From Chiloscyllium plagiosum (Eukaryota), in assembly GCF_004010195.1 (NCBI RefSeq), contig NC_057718.1, positions 11,373,569 through 11,398,161 of the forward strand: a stretch of DNA of 24,593 bases, written 5' to 3'. This document shows, in pieces, positions 20,121-24,593 of the stretch. The position numbers and the translations under genes are program-made. Below the pieces are notes generated by a model that did not search any database, was not told the origin of the DNA, and saw only the letters and a list, made by a program, of their open reading frames with translations. Numbering within the stretch: position 1 is the stretch's first letter; every line of letters starts with the position of its first letter.

Positions 20121-20206
20121 CCTAGTACATGACCACTTCCAGAAACCTGACAGCATTAATTCATGTCTAACCTTGTTGCAGAGACACGGGCAGGTTCAGT
20201 GAGTGG

Positions 20207-20300
20207 GTAGAAAAACAGAAATTGCTGGAAAAGTACAGCAAGTCTGGCAGAATCTGTGCAGAGTTAATGTTTCGGATCAAGTGAACCTCCCTCAGAATGG
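20207..20300 (-). mobile_element. Penelope pLTR remnant, second family
   Basis: AAAAACAGAAATTGCTGGAAAAGTACAGCAAGTCTGGCAG..GTTTCGG..TCAGAA; related to the other pLTRs; degenerate hammerhead boxes on the minus strand. Confidence 0.7.
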
Positions 20301-20309
20301 AACGGGTGA

Positions 20310-21660
20310 GTAAGCAACAAATTAGCAGATGGAATACAAGGTGGAAAAGTGTGACGATACTGACTTTGATCAAAATAATTGAAAAGCAGCATATTTTTAA
20401 GAAGGCGTGAAGTGTGAAAATGGAGTACACATTAAAAGCTAGCATATAGGTTCAGCAAGCAATTGGGGAAACAGAAACCTTAACTGCAAGGGAATTGAAC
20501 AACAGGATTTGAGAGATCTTGCTACCATGTGGGATTATTCAGGGATGACTGCATGCAGTCCTGCTCTTAGAGTCATAGAGTCATAGAGATGTACAGCATG
20601 GAAACAGATCCTTCGGTCCAACCCGTCCATGCCAACCAGATATCCCAACATTATCCAGTCCCACGTGCCAGCACCCGACCCATATCCCTCCAAACCCTTC
20701 CTATTCATATACCCATCCAAATGCCTCTTAAATGCTGTAATTGTACCAGCCTCCACCACTTCTTCTGGCAGCTCATTCCATACCCGTACCATCCTCTGTC
20801 AAGTAGGTTTCTTTTATATCTTTCCCCTCTCACCCTAAACCTATGCCCTCTAGTTCTGGACTTCCCCACCCCAGGGAAAAGACTTTGCCTATTTATCCTA
20901 TCCATGCCCTTCATAGATTTGTAAACCTCTATAAGGTCACCCCTCAGCCTCCGACGCTCCGGGTAAACAGCCCTAGCCGATATTTTATTGAAAGTATTGG
21001 AATGAAGGTTAACTGGACTGCTCCTTGAGATGAGGGGGATGTCCTATGATGACAGGGTGAGTAAATTGTGTCAAAGATTCTCTGGAATTGAGAAGAAAGC
21101 GAGGTGCTCTCACGGAAGTGTGCAAGATTCTGTCGGGCATCGATAAGTTGTTTTCCCCTAGCTGGGAAATCTTGAAGTTTCAGGATAGGTGGAGAAATTT
21201 CTTCACTCAAAAAGTTGTCAAAGGATGAAGGAGTTATCTTATGAGGAAAGATTGAGCAGGTTGGACCTAAATCCATTGACGATCAGAAGAATGAGATTGG
21301 AACATATACAAATCTGAGGGGGCTTGGCAGGGTGGAGGTTGAGAGGATGTTTCCCATTGTGGGAATGTTTAGAATCTGGAACGCAGTTTAAAACTTAGAC
21401 ATCTTCCATTTGAGATTGAGATAAAGGAAAACTCTTTCCTTTAAAGAGTTATTCATCTGTAGAATTCTCTTCCCCATGAGCAGAGAAGACTGGGTTATTT
21501 CACTTATTCAAGATCGGGCTCGTTAGATTTTGGTCAAGAAGATGCCAAGGGTTAAGGTGGATGGCATTCAGGGAAGTAGAGATAAGGCCATGGTTAGATC
21601 CCTCATAATCTTTATCAAAGGTGGAGCAGGCTTGAGAGTTTGGGTAGCTCCTTAATCCTT
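20310..21660 (+). mobile_element. Old CR1 ORF2/3' fragments, interrupted by a younger antisense CR1
   Basis: GCAGATGGAATACAAGGTGGAAAAGTGTGA, GGTTCAGCAAGCAATTGGGGA, GTCCTATGATGACAGG and TCTTATGAGGAAAGATTGAGCAGGTTGG motifs; probably two tandem fragments. Confidence 0.72.
20569..20975 (-). mobile_element. Younger CR1 (HER1-like) 3' fragment
   Basis: Peptides MKGMDRINRQSLFPGVGKSRTRGHRFRVRG and VRVWNELPEEVVEAGTITAFKRHLDGYM; (CTATGACT)n tail on the minus strand. Confidence 0.93.
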
Positions 21661-21867
21661 GTGTTTTTATGTGAGTGTGAGTACTCCATCATTGACTACT
21701 TCCTGTTTGTTGTATAAAGCAGTTAGCTCCCGAGATGATAGGCTAACACCAGGCAAAAGGGTCCGCCCATCAGGATAGGAAGGGCTGCTCCTGGGAGGAG
21801 TTAACCCGTTCCCCACCTGGCTCTTTGCTTGTTACCGACGATGTGTGTGAACGTGATGTGAACTTAC

Positions 21868-22033
21868 TCTTCAACTGAGCCTTTTGTCTCAAGAGAGACC
21901 ATGGTGTTATCTCAGACATGATGCAACTAGCCATCCAAAATAGGTGATAAACCCATTTACTGTTCATCACGACTGAACCAATCATCTCCCAAACAGGTCA
22001 GGTGTGTATCCTTCTCCATATGGTGCCAGTTGT
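21868..22033 (-). other. Candidate 166-nt exon (5' UTR/start-codon exon or lncRNA)
   Basis: Minus strand: branch point CACTAAC, T-rich tract, CTAG acceptor; donor AGA|GTAAGT; stops in all three frames; ACCATGG Kozak near the 3' end. Confidence 0.4.
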
Positions 22034-22689
22034 CTAGACAATCCAATAAGAAGAGTTAGTGCTGGCAATGCAGTGCACGATATGCTGGGTTGTGTGCAAC
22101 ATTGTAGAGACGGTGAGAGCGGTGAGGGTTGGTTAATGATGAGGCATTCAGTACCTTGCTGCTTCAGTAACCTTGGACTGGCATCACCCGAATGGGGAGG
22201 GAGGAAGTAGAGAGCTTCACAACATTTCCACCCAGGGTGTTCTCTTTGACAGGCTTTACCCTCCCTGAGAAAGTGGCTGGATGTTCCACCAGGGCACACC
22301 GAGATGGGTCCGCTCCTTACCACAGTGTTTAGATGAGATGCCACCCTGGACATAACCACAAAAGGACAAATCCGGTTTATATTTCTGTGATACCTATTTG
22401 TTTGAGTGAACCCTCAAGTAGAAATTTCTTATATTTTCAGCTCTGATTCCAGGGGCCCTGATGGTTTTTCCAGTGTGGGTTCTGGAATGATTGTGATACA
22501 GTAGCAGACTCAAGTGGGGTTATGGAGCCAGGACAAACATAGAGGAAGGATATAATCCTTGCTTCATTGTGCAGCCAAATAGTTTACAGATCGTTCGGCT
22601 TACAATAGCTTCTTTATTGGGAGCCAAGTGAAAGGTATCCACTCACACTTAGCTCCAGGCAAGATTGGGAATCCCACATTAACTCTTTA

Positions 22690-22815
22690 ACAGGAGAAAG
22701 CCTTGCCTTTCTATGGCCTTTCGCAAGGTAAAGATGTACCAAGATGACTTAAAGCCAAGGACTTTCTTGTTTTGAAGCATAGTTAATAATGTTGCAATGT
22801 AGGCATTAACTGGAC
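22690..22815 (-). mobile_element. DeuSINE-like 3' tail fragment
   Basis: GAAAGCCTTGCCTTTCTATGGCCTTT..TTTTGAAGCATAGTTAATAATGTTGCAATGTAGG is the antisense of the tail at 23740-23862. Confidence 0.6.
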
Positions 22816-22829
22816 CCAACCTGTACACA

Positions 22830-23240
22830 ACAAATAAAAGCAAAATACTGCAGACACTGGAGATCTGACATAAAGCCAGAACCAGCTGGAGAAACCCAGT
22901 AGTTTGGCCAGCGTGTGTGGAGAGAGAAACGGACTTAAAGTTTGATATGACCCCTCTTCAGAAATGAAGGGGGCTGGAAGATGATGGTGTCTATGTCCTG
23001 TTGACAAAGGGGAAGGAAGGCAGAGATGGTGAGGGTGCCCAGAACAAATGCAAAGGATGTACTGGTACAGGTAAAGGATGGATATGTGTGCAAAATAGGT
23101 GTTAATGCTAAATGGGAATGGTGGTAACAGGCTAGCTCTACTGACAGTAAAGAGCCAGGGTGGAGAGTAAGCAGGGGTATAATCAAAAAGGAGGGCAGTG
23201 TTTACACTCAGAAGTTATTGAACCCAATTTGAGACCGTAA
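22830..23240 (-). mobile_element. Old Penelope-like 3' end / pLTR
   Basis: AAAAGCAAAATACTGCAGACACTGGAGATCTGA pLTR end, CTCTTCAGAA (CTGAAGA on minus), purine-rich tract. Confidence 0.65.
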
Positions 23241-23289
23241 TGTATTGCTTCATCTGAAAGGTGGCACCTTCAGTAGAAATGCTGCAGTG

Positions 23290-23862
23290 TCAGAGGTCAC
23301 CACTATTACATTGTGACGCTGAACCAAGGCCCTATCTACTCTCTCAGGTTGACATAAAGGATCCCAATGCTCTCCTTCTAGGAGGAGGAGAGTAATTCTC
23401 CTCATGCTCTGATCTATATTCATCCCTCAACCAATGTCTTAAAGGAATTAGCTGGGTACTTATTGCATTACTGTTTGTGGGGCAACCTTTTTACCCAGAG
23501 GGTGGCACGCATATGGAATGAGCTGCCAGCGGAAGTGGTCGAAGTGGATATATTAACAACATTTGAAAGACATTTGGACATATGCATGGATAGGAAAGGA
23601 ATAGAAGGATTATGGGCCAAGAGTAGGGAAATGGCATTAGTGTGGGTGGACATTTTGGTCGGCATGGACCAGTTTGGGCCAAAGGGCCTGTCTCTGTTCT
23701 GTAGGACTCTATGACTCTAACTTGCTGTGTGGCAATTGACTGCTGCTCTTACTGCATTGAAACAGTTACTACCCTCCAAAAAAGCACTCCATTGCCTGGA
23801 GAATGATTTGGGATATCTTGATACCAGGCACGGTGCTACTAAAATGCAAAATCTTTCTTTCT
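23290..23862 (+). mobile_element. DeuSINE-like (SacSINE1-type) element interrupted by CR1
   Basis: Deu-domain-like AACCAAGGCCCTATCT..CTCTCAGGTTGACATAAAGGATCCCA, ATATTCATCCCTCAACCAA, CTGTTTGTGGG|..|CTTGCTGTG, tail AAATGCAAAATCTTTCTTTC. Confidence 0.78.
23482..23718 (+). mobile_element. CR1 (HER1-like) 3' end
   Basis: FTQRVARIWNELPAEVVEVDILTTFERHLD; tail GACTCTATGACTCT. Confidence 0.92.
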
Positions 23863-24310
23863 TGCAGTGCTGATTAGTTAAAGCAAAAAGGGACTTTAAT
23901 GCCTTTTCCATTCAGTCCTGATCACTGAACAGTTTAGTTTGGAATATTAATCATCAAAATTCCATTATGCTGAGCCCAGGGCAGAAGCTTACAAAGTAGT
24001 GAAAGCAGTAGCGGAAAATGAACAGAAGATATACAGATGTTCAGCAAATACTTTGGGTAATGAGCACATTAAATATCAGGACAGGTGAAAGCCCAGTTCC
24101 TGATGCTGTGTGACCCTATATCAACAGGGATTTTTCGACGCATATTTCACTGTAATTTGAGAGATGACGTTAGGACAGAATAAGAAACTAGACACAGCCT
24201 GCGGCCAAGAAATTCCTCCTGTCTTTAGTGAGGAGTGTTGACATGGTTCAAGTCAATATCATCCAAAAAATTTAACTCTGTCCTGTCAGTCGCTTGCCCT
24301 ACAACAATAA

Positions 24311-24457
24311 GCAACTCAACTGTATAAAAGGTAAAAACAATGACTGCAGATGCTGGAAACCAGATTCTGGATCAGTGGTGCTGGGCAACTCAACGTATAA
24401 AAGGTAAAAACAATGACTGCAGATGCTGGAAACCAGATTCTGGATCAGTGGTGCTGG
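24311..24457. repeat. 73/74-bp tandem duplication spanning the flank and a pLTR end
   Basis: 24311-24384 and 24385-24457 identical except for a 1-bp indel. Confidence 0.95.
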
Positions 24458-24593
24458 AAGAGCACAGCAGGTCAGGCAGCATCCGAGGAGCAGTAAAATC
24501 GACATTTCAGGCAAAAGCCCTTCATCAGGAATAAAGGCAGAGAGCCTGAAGGGTGGAGAGATAAGCGAGAGGAGGGTGGGGGTGGGGAGAAAG
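24329..24593 (-). mobile_element. Penelope-like element 3' end / pLTR, runs off the window
   Basis: Matches pLTRs at 6346, 8706, 11876, 14419; hammerhead motif CTGATGA-A-GGGC-TTTT-GCCT-GAAAT-GTC at 24528-24501. Confidence 0.88.

Overview
Eukaryotic, repeat-dominated non-coding DNA from a cartilaginous fish. The HE1/V-SINE, CR1(HER1-like), DeuSINE-like and Penelope repertoire points to a shark; the exact species cannot be determined. There is a 500-N scaffold gap at 15292-15791. No intact protein-coding gene is supported: most long ORFs are retroelement relics, repeat artefacts or gap read-throughs. The window is a nested mosaic of about 9 HE1 SINEs, many CR1 fragments, an L2/Crack-like LINE family with its short non-autonomous partner, DeuSINE-like relics, and Penelope-like elements whose pLTRs carry minimal hammerhead-ribozyme motifs. 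Highlights: (1) a LINE whose endonuclease region follows directly on a tRNA-like head, with the abundant short 'SINE-B' (my working label) looking like its internal-deletion derivative; (2) a tRNA-Leu(UAG) pseudogene plus HE1 SINE apparently inserted as one unit; (3) solo hammerhead-bearing pLTR cassettes with 13-15 bp target-site duplications; (4) a 51-bp minisatellite grown inside a SINE; (5) weak minus-strand exon candidates. Repeat boundaries are approximate and family names come from recalled consensus motifs, not from database searches.
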